Source of the DNA: Ophelia neglecta | Taxonomy: Eukaryota | Assembly (NCBI GenBank): GCA_965285935.1 | Contig: OZ260663.1 | Location: forward strand, 77,252,001 to 77,316,000 | DNA length: 64,000 bases | Direction of reading: 5' to 3' | Part shown: positions 39,301-54,300 of the stretch, in pieces | Layout of the letters: each line of letters starts with the position of its first letter | Numbering within the stretch: the first letter of the stretch is position 1 | The notes under the pieces: model-generated | What the model was told of the DNA's origin: nothing | Database searches by the model: none | Seen by the model: only the letters and a program-made list of their open reading frames with translations | Program-made: the position numbers and the translations under genes

Positions 39301-42300
39301 CTTGATGGCGGTAAAAACGCTTATGTCTCAGTATTTGAGGCTACACAGACGCACGCCGCGGCGGAAGAAGGTTAGCCGAGGGTCATGGATCTACATCTGA
39401 GCATGTAGGAAATCTAGCAGCGATACTTGTGATACAGTGATGCTTTATAAAGGCTTCTGCTTCTATTTTTTACAAACCACTCGTACCCCTGCTTACTGAC
39501 CTAGGGTTATAAAGAATAAAAACTGGCACTTTCTAAAACAGTGATGAATATCCCACCAATTTATCCAATTATAATACACGCCTGGACGGCTTATAGAATC
39601 CTACTAAAGGATTCCATCGAGCTTAAGGAAAGTCAATATACGATCGATAATTCTCGCTCGAACTGCTCGGGTGTAGGGCCTACTGTGGTTGCCACTTTCT
39701 TAAGAGTCATGGGTAAAACCCCCATCTCATTGTGGCAGAGTTAGCCCGTACAGGGGCGGTGCAATGGACACAAAAGTTATAGGAAACACAGATAAAATAT
39801 GTGCAAACATCGCACAAATGTTAGTTTGTTGATATTTGAAATGCAATCTACTCAATTTTTCTAGCAAAAAAAATGAAAAGTTGTCAAACTTTTCATGCTC
39901 TTAACACGAGGAAGCCAAGAGTCCGGGGTAATCGCTCATAATAAAGCAGCCATGCCTGTTAACTCTTAATACCTTTAGACGCAATAAAGTACTGTTATGA
40001 CTTTGTGTGATCTAACCGCTCATCCAAGGACTAGGATCTATGTTCATCTGCTTCATACTGATATAACATCGTACGATGCACGTGTTCAGTTCCAATAAAA
40101 GCGTGACTAATTCACTTACATAGTAAACACTACCAGTTAATTACCCTTTTCCTCTTTAGTACGCCGGGACCTTCTAAATCTCACTTTGGTCTGGGGTCTA
40201 TTGGGCCAATTGCATCTCAAGTCCTAAAATTATGCCAAATTATAGACAATCAAACGCCAGGTTAGACTCTCCTGGGGTATATTTCATCTCTAACGTAACT
40301 TGACCACCGACTCGTTCGTTTTGTGCTCTGACTCGCATCATGAAAACTGATGAGAACATCTCATTGCAATCGATATCAATTTAGGTTTTCATTTTTATTT
40401 GCAATTTTATTTTATGCTTAGGAGCTGGGGATGGATGTATGTGAGCCTGTGGATTCTGATTCATGATGGTTTCGGACTGAATTGATATCCACTCCCGTTG
40501 TTATAAGTACAAGTTGTATGTTACATAAGCCTACTTTTTTGTAATCTTAAACGTTACTATATGGAGTTCATTCGGTTCCTCCTTTCTGCGCCTCACCCCT
40601 GAATCGCTGGCGTTATTTTAGTCTATCATTGAACTATGTTTATGTAATATATCAATTTTTCAGGTGTCTCCTTTCCGGTTTGACATTCACAGTTTAAAAA
40701 CTACAATTAAGCCCATCCTTAGTTACGAATTCACCTGCCGCCTGTATCTCGTTACGGCCACCAACGGCTAAAATGGCGGGAGTAAAATTAAAATGGCAGG
40801 CGCTGGATCGGACAAACATAGAAAAGACAAACCAGCTAATATAATTTGCAGATTGCGGATCTAAGAGCCTGTTATGGTGGCGGGGAGCGGAGGTGTGAGA
40901 GATTAAGCATGATTAAAGACGACACCCGTGTTCCCCAGATAATCTCCTGGCCGCGACAGCAGACACAAGAAACAAAAACTTGCATCTTTCGAACAAATCA
41001 TCTAATCTGATATCCTTATTGCAAATGTTCATAGACTACTAGCACTTTTCTTATAAGGAAGAATTCTTTCATTTGAAATTTGATGCACTGTGTGCAATTC
41101 AAAATTATAAACCCGTGTTACATTTGGCTCATGGCATTACTGGGAACTATTTCTTTGGTTAAGGTAGGTAATGCGCCACTCTCTCTTCTGCATGGCTCTT
41201 TACACTGGTTATACCAACTCATCATATAAGAGAATCCCCCAATATACATAATGTTGGCCAGATGCGATTCAATTTTGTCATTAATTTTCCCTGGTAGCCA
41301 TCCTATTATCAAGAGGCATCAACATTTTAAGCATATTATCCGACCATAATCAAGGTAGAAGGAGTGTACCATCGGGATGGCATCACGTCTTGTGTCCGCA
41401 AAAACTCATCTTTGCTCCCAGGGACAAGACGCTGCTGCCGTGAAGCTTGACATTTTCACTGTGATTGGCGAGAAGACAGCCCCAGGCAATGAGAGGTTTG
41501 TAACAGACTGATTACTCCGCTCGATGTCTGGCCTGTAGCCACCTGAGATATGCCCAGGACAGACAAAGCAGGCACACGGTCCCATTAAAGGCTTTTCTGG
41601 TTGGTCTCACAATGCAATAACAGCCATACGACCCGTCTGTAAACGCACACAAACTGACAAGGAATTACCAAAGAATGGAAAACAACAATGTTAATAGGAG
41701 TTGATTCTAATGCAACACCATCCCTACGTGGATTGTAACATAATATGGTATATAGACTTAGCTATTGTGTGAGGAAACACAACAACAAAGAAATAAATTA
41801 TGTACGCATAGAGTGACAAGACTTGTTGTTGTTCATTCCGCCCCATGGCTCGAATGATAGTTTATGAAGAGTTGCTCATAAGAGAAAACGGAAGCATGGC
41901 GCACAAGGGAAAACCATGTTAACTTGCCACCTTACTGCTCTTGTTGGTGAAGATTTATCACGCAAAATATTGTCTGCTTTTCTCGTAATGGTTTTAAGAA
42001 CGATAAAGAATGTTTTTTAAGAACAGGCTACTGTGTTGATTCAAACATGTTAATAGACTGCAGCCGGAGAGAGTTCTCTAAAAGCAAGCATATAGAATGA
42101 GCTTAACGAAAGAGAGAGGAAAGTTTATTCCTATTGGTGCATTAATGAATTAACACATAAACTGTATTAACATATCAACCACTTGCACTCGGGGAGGAAA
42201 ATATTTTTAATTCAATGTTCGTCAATTATACTGCCAGTGATTATGCCCCGTGCTTTTACAACAATATCATAAAAATGACGGTTCTGTTATTAAGCAGTTA

Positions 42301-45300
42301 CCAAGGATGCCATTAATGTCTTAAAAGTAAAGAGCAGCGTACCGAATCTAATGGTTGTCCTAGATTATTCGAAACAAATCCTTTCAATCCCTGATCAATC
42401 TGACTCTTCTGGCACAAGGCATTTACCCTGCCAGGCAATCCGCTTCAAGGCTATCCAGTAGACCTGAAGACGACTACCAATAACCCTGCCCATGTTGTTG
42501 TGAGCAGTCACATTAGCCTAAAACGTGCATTTAATTCGAATCCTAGGCTACATTTTATAATAGGACTACTGGGAGGGTATACTTCTATTTGTTGTTAATC
42601 AGGGGTTTCAGAATTCTTGTAACATTTTTTACATACGCATAGTTTCGCTCACAAATTGCGTTTCAAGAAGTTGATTTATCACATCAAGATTGACCGACCT
42701 TGTATTCAACAGTGGAATGTTTAAATGATGGTGCGCCCCTGCGAGTGCTCGGCCCGGCCGGCATGAATCCCTCTGCTGTCTTTGAAGGCGAAATGTGATA
42801 CGGCCGGGCATATTAAAGTCTGTCCATCTAGGAACAACGATATTATGTGTTCGTGGCCAGGGTACTTTACAGCGAAAGTGATACGACCGACAATGGCCTC
42901 ATAGATTATGTATGTCCTTTGATGCCAATTATCTAGGTAGGCCTATTGCTGATCGATGGGCTTCTACTGCTAGAAGAGATGGAGAGAGTTTAGGGCCCCG
43001 CTTCACCCCCGGATGTGTTATTATGGTAAGAAGTAGCCATTGAGGTAAAGCCCCGAAGCCGACGCTGGCCAGAGCAAACGACGGGTCGTATATCAAGGAA
43101 CATGTTCTTCTAAATCCAGCACTAAACCAGGAAAAATAATAAGTGCCTTTCGCTGGAAACAGTTCACGGTAGCAGAGGCTCACCCAGCTTTTGCTGAGCA
43201 GGGGGTGGGGGGGGGGGGATCTAAATATGAATTTGGCGGAGTCATTTTTGACGATGCGTGTAATCTATATATATATACTGTATATCCAGTCCAACCACTA
43301 CGAACCACTATCAAACCACTACGAATAAAACCACACACACGAATCTCAATCTAACCACTACGAACAAATTAATAACTACGAGTCACTATCTAATCCCTAC
43401 GAACAAAATAATAACTACATCTGACCAATACGAACAAAATAATAACTGCGAGTCACTATCTAATCACTTCGAACAAAATAAAGTTGACAACTGAAACGCC
43501 AGAAATAAATAGGACATTAGCCACCAATGGGTTCACGTGACCCACATTTCGAGTTACAGCAATCGGCACCAAAGTCGGCTGACAGCCGTGTGCGGACCGT
43601 TTAAAAACTGCAACTTTTGTCTTCCTTTTTTCCCCGCTATCTGTCGATTCTTCAGTGGCCATTTTGCACACTATTCCAGTTCATTCAACTATTCTACGCC
43701 AAGACACAACTTTATCCAGACGACTGGACACAAATTGACAATATACGAGCGGCCTTTCTCGATCAGGATCAGTCGATTTTTATGCGGGCAAACTCCAAAA
43801 TGCTGCGACATAGAACTGGGGAAAAGTCTGTTACATGAAGGCTGACTGGCGAACATCTGTAGCTTCGTCTCCTTTTTTTGGGTGGGAGGGGGGGGGGGGA
43901 GTTTCCGTCCTATTTTCCAGGGGACGATCAGCCACCCGTTGGCATCAGTTCTGCGAGGATAGGGGCTGGGATCGGGGAGGAGGGAAATCAGCAATGTGTA
44001 TTAGTGGAAGTGGAGAAGGGACGGTAATGAGGAAATATCCATATGGTGGCGGTGGTGGTGGGGGGGGGGGGGGGGTCGGCGATCATTTAGATCCGATATA
44101 CATTATATATTTGAACGAGAGTCGACATTAACATAATCAGCTGTTGCAAAAGGGAAGTGCCGGTGTTGAGAAGGGGGTGCTAGTTTTGCAGTTTATTACT
44201 ATATAAATAGTCCCAAACCTTCCTTTTTATCCTGTCTTTTTTTAAATCACTATTTCACTGGTGTCCCTGCTAGATCTAGTTTAATCATATGCACATGACT
44301 GACACATATGGAATGTCTATTTAACGTTATGACTAATTTATGTACCAATCTTAGCTACACTGACGCTGTGAATACCAGAAAAAAAACTGTTCCGCTTCGA
44401 AGCCAGCCTGTTTTTAGAAATAAAATGGTGGTAAATATGAATTGGGTAACTTAATTTGCTTTTGAGTTATGGTGCCAAACTAGTGGAATATCATGAGTCC
44501 TTTGATCAGGTGAACACAGCCATTCCGCTCCCATTTCTCTACCACTGCTGTGAATGGAACAACTAGCTGCTACAACAGGCGTTGAGTCAAGGCCGGCACT
44601 TCAAGGTTAGGTGTGGCCATTCATTCCCTTGATGGGTAATAGAAACCGAGTGGAATAGAAATGGATAAAGCTACTGCTGGTGGTGTGGTGTTTCATTGCC
44701 CAGCGGGAATCTGTGAATTTCTATTATGAGTCGTGTTTGGTCCAATGTCTCAAAAAATAGTTGGAACTCACCAAAGAAGTCAGTTTTAAGTAAACCACGT
44801 TTCACAATATGGTTCAAACATTTTCTATAGACAATGAAATGCGTATCGCTGATACATATTGTATATAATTAATTATGAGAAATAGCAACACTATACAGTA
44901 TACTGCATTAAATGGGAATCCTTGGGTTCCTGAACTTTGCCTGCATGGCCATGGAATCACATAATAGTGCCATGACCCAAATAAATTGTGAAAGTTATTA
45001 GGAAAAATGACCTAGGTCAACTCGAATTCTGTCCTAGATATTTAAGTAGGTCAACCTGAATGACGTGGAGGTCACATGCCAGGCTACATTCACGCCACAT
45101 TGAATCGAAATGTATCGAGTAGTTTTGGAACTGCGTTATTCACAGACAGACACGCACCCAAATAAACACACAGACACGAGGGACACAATAAGAGTGTGAC
45201 TTTGATAATACTCGGATGTATCGCAATAATAAATACACAGTAGTAGTTTTATAAGTAAAACCTTTTCGAAAAGTAAGTTGCTTAACCTTATGCCCAAGGA

Positions 45301-48300
45301 CTAGGGGCAGAACCAGGATATTTAAAGGAACGTAGGAGATAGGTCATTTTCCTCCCAAAACTGCCGGATGGGTTCACTTAAGTGGTAAAGTTGGTATTCT
45401 AGAATGAGTTGGTGATAATAGAGGAAGTGCATGAGTTTCTGGTTCTGATTTTGTCGGAGATAATTTATTGCCATTTATTACACTAAGATCAAGTGAGCAA
45501 CTTGTAAAACAAATCGCTATCGAATTGATCGCAGCTCTGGCATAGCGAGGCTTGGCTGCCTTCAATCTCTGCCAGCCAAGATCGACCCGCCACTCTTGGT
45601 TTTTGTGCGAAATGTCTATATAAAAAAATTCTTTTTAAAAGCTTGATCGTTGATATGGGTCCCAAAGGATATGTAAATAGCGATCTTCAGTATTGTGGTC
45701 TTTTGTTAGACAAATATCAATGGTGACAATTGGGAAAAAATTCTAAATTGATTGGAAGCTATTCGAGCGAGGCATAGGTACTCTCACTCTTACTTAATAA
45801 TATCCCGTTCACCATCTCGTTCAACAAACTATAATATTGCCAATTGCGAAAGACCTGAAAGTTTGAAAAATTGTCAGAATCTGTTACCCTGTTCCCTGTC
45901 ATCCTTAGTGACAAAATGTAACACTTTGAAAAATGGATTAGTTAAGCCACTTTAAATTGTTTCAAACAGTCAGAACACCTATCGGTACATGAAAAAAATA
46001 AAATGAGAGGTCTGCATCATCAAATAAAGAGAACAATGAAACCAGATCGACAATCAGTCATTGACCACATTAGCTGCTACACTGGTGAAAACATAGGAAC
46101 TTTGTGAATTTGACCTTGACAAAATAATCTCAATGTCATTGCATTTTAGGCATTCTTATCACCAGAAACCTCATGTACCAACTATTAATTACCATCATTG
46201 TTACGGTTTGGGTGGCTTATTTCTAAAAAGCATAACAGTTGACAGGTAGGACTACTAGGAAAGCTATTGTTGGGTGTCAAACATGATCATTCTATTTATT
46301 CTAAATAATTAGTTCGTAAAAGAGGTTTTTTTGCTTACGGACTCCAATAGTCTTATAGCCTCGATCGAACAGAATCCTAGCTTGTTTGAGGTTTTTGCGT
46401 TAAAATAACTACCTGTTTCCGCATACTTAATAAGTGTTATTGATCTGTTGGAGTGTATGAAAAAATATTGCAGATTATTCTGCAATTTTTTGGGTGAAAG
46501 AAAATATAGTTTTAAACACTATAGCAATTACTTGTATTTCCACTCGACCGATCCATACTTTCACTGTTGTAATGCGGTCAATGAGGCATTCGGTATTTCT
46601 CTGCAGTCAGAATAATGTCGATGATGCATTCGACATTATCGTGCGACGAGAACGCCGCTACCGCACAATATAGCCGAATGCGGCATTGACAGCTTTTCAG
46701 AGTGGTTCATTTTCATTATCAACCCAACCGACCTGACCAACACGTTTGTCCCCTTACTTTAAACGAGAGCGCCCGCCCGATCTTTTCCCCATAACACACA
46801 AAGGAGACCGATAAAAGTTTAGAGGGGAAGGAAATTGCATAAGATACTTAATACAGCAGTGAACGTCGTTTGGACAATGGAACCCTCGGTTATTGGCCAA
46901 ACGACACTAAATTTCAAGCGAACCCAGGAACACTTGGCTCGACAGGCCGAGAAAGCAATATTCAAAATGCGTGGCTTGCAGAGAAAACTCTATCAGTCCC
47001 CTACAGACATACTAGCAGACTTTGAAACGCTTGTAGTACCTATTCTTACGTACGGAAGCGAGGTGTGGGGCTTCCATCATGCACGGGACGTAGAAGCTGT
47101 GTATAATAAGTTCTATAAAGGGACGTTGGGTGTGAAAGCTTGTACTCCTACCTTCATGTGGGTATTGGAGTGTGGTGCGCTGCCATTTAGAGCAAAACTA
47201 GAGTTAAGAATGTTGTCATTTTGGGCAGGTCTTTGCGACCCTAGTAGATGTACAGAGAAACTTGCCACTAAGGTGTTAAAGGAAATGTCAAAGGAAAGTT
47301 ACAGTAATTGGGCATGTTATGTCAGAGACTTGTTGTATTCACTGGATTTACACCAATACTGGAACAGTCAAATTGTGTCAAACAAAAAGAAATTTATGTA
47401 TGTGGTAAAAAACAAATTATTTAATAAAGTTGAAAATGAGTATAAATTGAAATTAGAAGAAAGTAGCAAAGCTAGATTGTATAAAAACCTTGTGCCTAAA
47501 CCTAGTTTAAAACACTGTAACTGGTACTTTAATAACATCGACAGAAGACACATTGTTACTATAACGCGGTTTAGACTCCGCAATCACAGATTGGCGGTAG
47601 AGAGTGGAGACTGGTTTGGTTTAGACATGAGTGAGAGAATTTGTTTTACTTGTGGTGTCCTCGAGGACGAAATTCATTTTGTGTTTGATTGTATAAGGTA
47701 CGCTCATTTCAGAAACAAATATATACTACCAAAGTATCTAGTAATGCAGGATAAGCTTGAGGCACTGGTAAAACTGCTGAATAGTCAAGAACGGAGGGAG
47801 TTAGATAATCTAGGACTGTACCTTACGAAAGCCTTGAAGCTACATAAGGAATATGCTGAACAATTTTTATTAATCACTGACAATGAGATATTTAATTAAC
47901 TAATGCATTACTTTAGGTTTCATTATGTTTAACTTTTGTAGGGTGAGGTTTCAATGTATTGTCGCTAATGTATTTGCACTGTAATATTTATCAGTCGCAT
48001 GTTTTTCTGATCGGCCAATGTAGGCAACGTATTTTGTATAGAGCACAATGCCTTAATAAACTATTGAAATTGAATTGAAATTGAACTAAATTGTTTTATC
48101 AATTCAGGCCGCAAAATGAAATATTAATGGCTGGGCCTGTTTGCAGCGTTTGGCCCTTCAATAAGCAATTTACCCTCGGGAGTTATGCATGCAAACACAG
48201 CCAAGGATCGCCGGAAATCTCGCAAGTCGCATAAAAATGCAAACCATTATAAAGGGAGATGAATATGAGGAGCATAAGAAAGCCGATAAATGTTTTGATT

Positions 48301-51300
48301 GTGAAGACGTTAGGCAAGAAATGACATTGAGGCCTTACTGGCCTTTGTCCCTCTTATGACCTGTAATAGACTATTGTTTATATGTAGACTTTCATTGTCT
48401 CACACACACCTTGCAATAGCCGATTACTTTATGTGGTGGACGGACTATCATTGACTCATCCTTTCTCTCTTATGGTTCATGTTTCATCGCATTCATCTTC
48501 CTTTTTAATTACACGTATGTTCTTAGCAGCAGCCTTAGTGAGGGTCACCCTGTTCATTTCATGTCTGTAAAGCTTATTGTGATTGTCTGTTGTATGTATA
48601 TACTCGTGAATGGATAAAAGAAAGATATTTCTGATTCTGATTCTGATTCTGGACTTATTGATTGAGAAACCGCATAACAGACCAACTCGCCTTGTCACTG
48701 GAAACTGGTTTGTCGCATTAAATTACATAATATAGAAACATTCACCCCAGTGTGTCGGGAATACCTACCAACCACCATGTTTAGTATTGTGTTCTATATA
48801 TTTATTATAGAAGGGTGGTCCGATCCGGGTACCCACGCATGTAACCTTAAGCCACGCATGTCGGACGAAAAAAGACCTACTAAGGTGTGACTGGCCGGGC
48901 GGGAGGGAGGGGGGGGGGCATAAAACATAACACCTTCTTATGGAGGAAGGGCACGAAATTGCTATAATTGCTATATAGCAATCGCCGGTGAGGACGTTTT
49001 CAGATTCCTCAGGCTTACATTTGTCATATATGGCCACTTTAGCAATAATTTTTCACTGATGCCTACTGCCACTCACAGATCTTGCCACTTTCTACCACTG
49101 GTTCTTTTTCACCATCATTTTACTACCACTGGCAGTCATATTTTGCCACGATATTGACTTTTATTCATGAAACTATATTTTGCGTCAAGATTTTTATTAC
49201 AAGTTTTTATAAACTTTTATTTACATACACTGCTCTCAGAGGTGTACGATCCGCTACTTTCTAGGACTGAAATTGGCATAGTATGTAATCAAACCTGTGG
49301 ATGGAGAGCACTCAAGGGTATATTGGTATGATCATGGAGATGTTACAGGGGAGGGGGATTAACCCCAAACTCCTTGATGGTAAATCTAAATTTCAGCAAT
49401 ACATTGTGAATTAAAATTCAAGCAAGACAACTGACATTTATTGCCTATAAAACCTAGATGGGTTAAATAGCACTATACATACATGGAAAAACATTCAAAT
49501 AGAAATAAACAAAATTAATTTCCCGCGAAAACGGATTTTTCACCAATTTTTGAACATTGAAATTAAGCTCTAATCTACTAGGCATACAGTGTATATGCCA
49601 CACTAAATACAAATCAGACATATGTCCAAGTTTCCATGGCCTGTTACTACACACACGTGGCATTTTACAGAGTTGGCATGGTGACATTTTGTAATTTTAT
49701 GGCAAAACCAAATGTTCTTCGTCAATAGTCAGCACAGCTCTTTTTATTAACCAAACATTGCAGCCCTCTTTGGTGACAGTTTATATAGTGAAAACGTGCT
49801 TCAGTGTCTATGGCGTCGGTGAGCAGGTGTGCCTTGTACACACATCATGAAAAAAAATCTCCTCTTCAAATTAATTCCTTGCTTTGGATTAATTTTACTG
49901 TTGCGTTCTTCGATTCTAGCTAAAATAGAATCCCAATAGTTTGTTCTTTCATTTATAATAAAAAAAAATATCGACAACTCTGGCAAAATGCTAACAAAAA
50001 ATTCACCATAGATAATGGGTTTTAATCCAAGTGTTAATCCAATTCGAATAGCGAGTGAATATGATTTAAATCCAGTAATCCAGTGTTGACTGCCTGATCG
50101 ATTTTCGACTTAAGATCGTGCGAGTGGTGATGTGTAGCGAACGCATTGAATGGCGTCACCATAATGAAAAAGGCAGCTCCATTGTGTACGGCGTTATGTT
50201 GCTCTATTGACCTTATGTTAGTGCTTTGTTGCAGCTATAAATTACGATAAATGCGAGGCTTAGACACATCCCTGGGGTCTGCCATTGAGCAGAGAAAAGA
50301 GTGCACAGCAAAGTGAGAACGTGCTGGTAGAAATATCCATGCTCTTATCAACGAACAGAACAACCAATACAGTTATGAGCCGAACCTCGTGGTGGGCCTT
50401 CTAACTCATATTAGTCTCACGTCGTTCCGCCTCACTCTCAACTGTATAATCCCGGTATGGGTATTAGGTCGACCGGGTAAATCACAGGAAAGCTTTTCGA
50501 CGCCAAACAAGATGATTAATTTAGTTCAGGGCAAAAGAATGTAGTAAGCACAGTCACTAAAAGAAGAAATAAAAGCAGATAAAAAAGCCTTGAAATGTCA
50601 AGTAAAGAACCATACAGTTATGTTCTACTCATTCCGGCGTTGAAGTGGCTTATCAAAACCGAGGACCCCTCTGAGGAAGTGGCATAAAACAAAAATAATA
50701 AGCCAGAAAAAAGACGTAAACAAAACACGAATCGCATTAGGCTAATTACTTAGGGATCCAGTGCCCTGCAGACGACAAAACTAACCTCAGTAAAAATAAC
50801 CTTGCCTTTTGTTGCCTTAAATAATGCCTATATGGGTGTTATGCTAGCATTTTCAGATACAATATATTCATAACCTTGAAGAGTTGAATGGCTCTCCGTA
50901 CATGATATTTGATACCGTGTCGTTTATTGGAGAAAATAGTGAAATAGTAAGGTGTCACATTTTATAGGCTCGGTCGATACCACGCAGAATGTCTTTGGAA
51001 GAGTAATTGTCTGTCGAAAACCAGGCTAGGAGAGCAAGCACAGGGAATTTATCTTACAAAAATGTAAGGCTTTAGCTGAAAGGGAGTCCTTGACATCGGC
51101 TGCCCATTTCACCGGAAGGACCCCATTTCACACGTCATCACTGGAGGCTCGAGTTATACGCCTGGTCGGAAATGCTCATAATGAAAAATGGTCTGACCGA
51201 ACTGTATTACACCAAACACGGAAACAAGCCAGTATTATTTCATGCGGTTTTAAGACTGCACACAATGACGTCACTAGAAGCAATGGACGCATCTAAAGGC

Positions 51301-54300
51301 AAATATATATATATACCGATATATATAACATGTCCCCTATTCATGGGCCTGCATGCCCGTAAGTAAAGTATATTAGGTCAAGCAATATCCACCGGTAGCA
51401 TCGAAAGTCCCGCATACATCCAATTAATTTGGAACTCTTAAATATTCAAGTTCTGAAGCAACCATCCAGGCCGCAAGCACGTGTCACATTAGTCACCAGT
51501 CTCTATCCGAATCGTCCAAACAACATGTGCTAGGGTAAGCATGCTGAACAAGTCGGATGCGGAAAGGGATGTAGTAGATTTGAAGACATGTTCCGGACAA
51601 ATTGTAAATGGCTTTCTTTAACTAGAGTTTGTGATCATTTGCTGGTGAAAAACGGAGATAAGCAGCGGGAAGCCATCGATTTAGACTGCCACGTGAGTGA
51701 CGTCAAAGGGCTCAGCTTTAACCCCGGTTTACACAGAGGATTAAAGACACAGTATATATGGGTTAAGACTAAAGCAACAATAATGCCATGGCTCTCCATA
51801 TTGCAAAAATAAGATTGTGGATAATCGAAACTGTGGGCTTAGACTATAGGCAAGTTAATCAAGTTTATTTTCTCGCCGGTGCCGGTCTGAGGGTTTATTG
51901 AACCTGTTGGATGAAGGACATGCTTCCTTGAGGTATTTCAATCCAGACACTGCAGGAAATTAAAACAGCTGTCCAATTACTCCTTTGTCATAATTGAGCA
52001 AAGCTAAGTTAGACTTGCCTGGTAATATAAATGTTGCTCCAGTACTGGTAAATATTTATTGGCTAGACACATCCCCCCCCCTCACCTTTTGAGTTAAGGC
52101 GGCAATACAGAGTTAGTGGGTTTTGGTCCACAAGCACATGGTGCCTGTGGTTAGGGATATGCGATTCTGGTTTTGGTTCTTATTGGATCAACCACAATAA
52201 AGGTTCTAAGTCATGTTTTATGACTGTGATGAAGGAGGCGGGGACTATAGACAGCACGTTGGCGGGTTACTCTGCTCGTTGTCTTTCTTCAAAAGTAGCA
52301 GCTCACAGATAGGCCTATACTTGGTCCCAGAAACTGTGATTGGTGAAGGCGCTTTGCACCTATCAACCCTCTCTGAGTCAAATGGCATTGAAATAAATAA
52401 TAAAAATAAACTTAGAAATAATTACATTAGGTCAGAATCTCGAAGTTGGAGGGACAGTCACAAAAGTATGCATATGTGATAATTTGTGTTGGGCGGAGAA
52501 CCGGACTATGATTTACACAATGGACTCGTATGTCCGCTGCTCAACGAGTTGGGAGAGAAATTTATTCCTCGATATTTCTGGTTATCACCGTCTCCTGAGA
52601 AACTAATATCACTGTTTCTGTCAGACACTTCTATTAATACTAACTAAGTTCATTTTTAAAGTGCACCAAACACATTTAAGTTATTAACAAGATCAATCCG
52701 TGTAAGACCTGTGAGACAAATTGAATGTGTTATCCATTGAAAGTGTGTTACACGAAAGCATTCAATTATTAATGCGATAATCCCATATAAGATGTTTGGG
52801 CCAAATTTGTATGTTATTCATTTGAAATTGTGCAACATAAAATCGTTAAAATTATCATTATGAACACCGTGTGTAAGAGCTGTTAGTCTTATGGAATCTG
52901 TAATTAATTGAAAGTCTGTATGTACTATAGTGAAAGCTTAAAACCTTGTATACCAGGTTATAGCAATAAAACAATTTGGTTTAAAATTTGATTTGGTTAA
53001 TGCTGCTAGCCGCCAAAATGAATATATGACTGTGCTTTACTATAGACCGTCACGTTTTTTTATCCGAGAACCTATACTCTTCCTCCAATTCCGTGTTGCT
53101 TTATTCTGGCTGTGATAAACCCGCGGTCCAGTTGTACTAAATACCACCCAAAGGGGTTCACGACACGGGCAATATCGATTGTTAGACGGGGGCAAAACTC
53201 AAGGGGGCCAAGATGAAAGGGCGGAATGGTCAATTATGGACAAAATATCCCTGTAGGCATAACGCTGATAGATTAAATATTTTCAGTACGTACATGTCTT
53301 TTCTCGTAGGAAGAGTAATAACTGAAGATTGATCACGACAAACGCTGGAGGGAAATATTCCAAAACGGGACATGTTCTCTTTGTATGCTCATTTTCTCGA
53401 CCGTAGAGATTTACATGCATGTATATAAACGTAAGCACCAGCTTATCTGAAAAAAACATGCATTCCTAAAGTTTAACAAGTAAATAATAAGATTTACCTG
53501 AGTATTTCAGCAAGAAATAATACTCCTTTTCCGTCTCGACATTCCTGCGAGTAATAATCCTAATTTCTATCGAGTGAGACCGAGAGGTGTAAACAGTCCG
53601 CTCTCTGACACTGCCGCCACAGATTTTTTTGCTGCCATTTGCGCGGGACTTTTCCGTGATGATGGCGTACTGGTAACATATTTTTGAGTCGAGGATGTCG
53701 TGTCTGATGCCGGCTGTTGGTGTAGTGAAGTCGAAGAGGGTGACGTTGATCCGCTGCCCCCTCTGAACGGTAATCCTCCAGGGACATTTCAGGGAGCCAT
53801 AGTCGTCTCTCTCCGTGATCACATTGGCCAGGTAGCCCGAGGAGGAGGACAGCTGGATGTACTGGGGTTTTTCAGGATCACATGGCTTATTTCGAGGCAT
53901 CTCAGCTGAAAACGAAATACAATTCATGTCACGGTCGATACAGTAGATGATCTCATATATTATGATCTAACCGGAAAAAGAGAAGAGCGAGCCTGGCATA
54001 AACGATTCAACTATGTGCAAGAAGCAGAATAAGAGAAACAGGCCCGTATTCAGAACGAGTTGCGAATTCCGTACGCCCTCAATCTAAATGAATAAAATGT
54101 TCGTAATTCGTTTAAGTATGTGACCTAGTCGATAACACAAGGGAAGAGAGCCCAAAGTACCTGCTACGAAACGAAATTAAGGCAAAAGGAATCAATTTAA
54201 TACCAATGTTTTGTTGATTTATAAAGCAAAGGAAAATGGCCGTAGTAGATATATACATATAGTTATACATTTTTCATATATAGGCCTAGAGGATATATTT

